This document shows positions 63,671 through 64,000 of a stretch of DNA of 64,000 nt, piece by piece. The position numbers were made by a program, and so were the translations under genes. This stretch comes from Gammaproteobacteria bacterium (lineage in GTDB: Bacteria; Pseudomonadota; Gammaproteobacteria; Ga0077536). Each line of letters starts with the position of its first letter. Positions within the stretch are counted from its first letter, which is position 1. The stretch is taken from positions 192,001-256,000 of the forward strand of contig CAXXLL010000002.1 in NCBI GenBank assembly GCA_963662545.2, written 5' to 3'. Below the pieces are notes generated by a model. That model did not search any database and was not told the DNA's origin. It was given only the letters and a program-made list of their open reading frames with translations.

Positions 63671-64000
63671 ATGACGCGTCAACGCGGCCTTCGCGGGCAG
63701 GCTGCGGTCATGACGATGATGTTCGGCGTCGTCCTCGTCCTCGTCGCCTTAACGCTCTTTCGCACCGGTCGCATCACCAGCGACAAGATGGAGATGCAGA
63801 ACGCGGCGGACGCCATCGCCTACAGCATGTCGACGATCGAAGCCCGCGACCTCAATTTCGCTGCTTATACCAACCGCGCCATCGTCGCCAACGAAGTCGC
63901 CATGGGCCAGGCGCTAGGTATGGCGTCCTGGGCCCATCACTGGGAATCGATCGGCGATTTCCTGCAGGAATACGACACTTACCTGGCCACACCCACGCTC
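63671..64000 (+). CDS. TadG-like Tad-domain pilus protein (partial, runs off the window)
   Basis: Manual translation MTRQRGLRGQAAV...MQNAADAIAYS..IEARDLNFAAYTNRAIVANEVAMGQ. Confidence 0.82.
   Translation, partial: MTRQRGLRGQAAVMTMMFGVVLVLVALTLFRTGRITSDKMEMQNAADAIAYSMSTIEARDLNFAAYTNRAIVANEVAMGQALGMASWAHHWESIGDFLQEYDTYLATPTL

Overview
GC-rich bacterial chromosomal segment, most likely from a gammaproteobacterium (class I cyaA, rapA, the nrdR-ribD-ribE-ribB-ribH-nusB-thiL order, and a CTG-N10-CAG LexA box). Positions 1-16.4 kb are core housekeeping (mfd, purine salvage, cyaA, glyA, riboflavin cluster). Positions 16.4-36.4 kb are mixed metabolic genes (SoxYZ-like carrier, aldolases, a sulfur amino-acid cluster, rapA, gcvTHP). 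The most striking region is an island at about 36.4-49.6 kb. It holds a tandem array of three ~1,120-aa Zn-ribbon / class III nucleotidyl cyclase / STAND ATPase / TPR-like paralogs, with conserved N-halves, divergent sensor halves and a shared non-canonical cyclase site. A collapsed fourth copy, two toxin-antitoxin modules and a LexA-boxed DUF222-HNH nuclease gene with internal 20-bp palindromes complete the island. A second unannotated element lies at 54920-59598: a 4.7-kb segment with no transposase, bounded by 30-bp imperfect TGT...ACA inverted repeats and a 7-bp target duplication, with a short degenerate palindromic repeat family between its cargo genes. The window ends at the start of a Tad/Flp pilus locus. 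Four genes carry reading-frame lesions. No rRNA, tRNA or true CRISPR array was seen. All calls are by motif recognition only; no searches were run.
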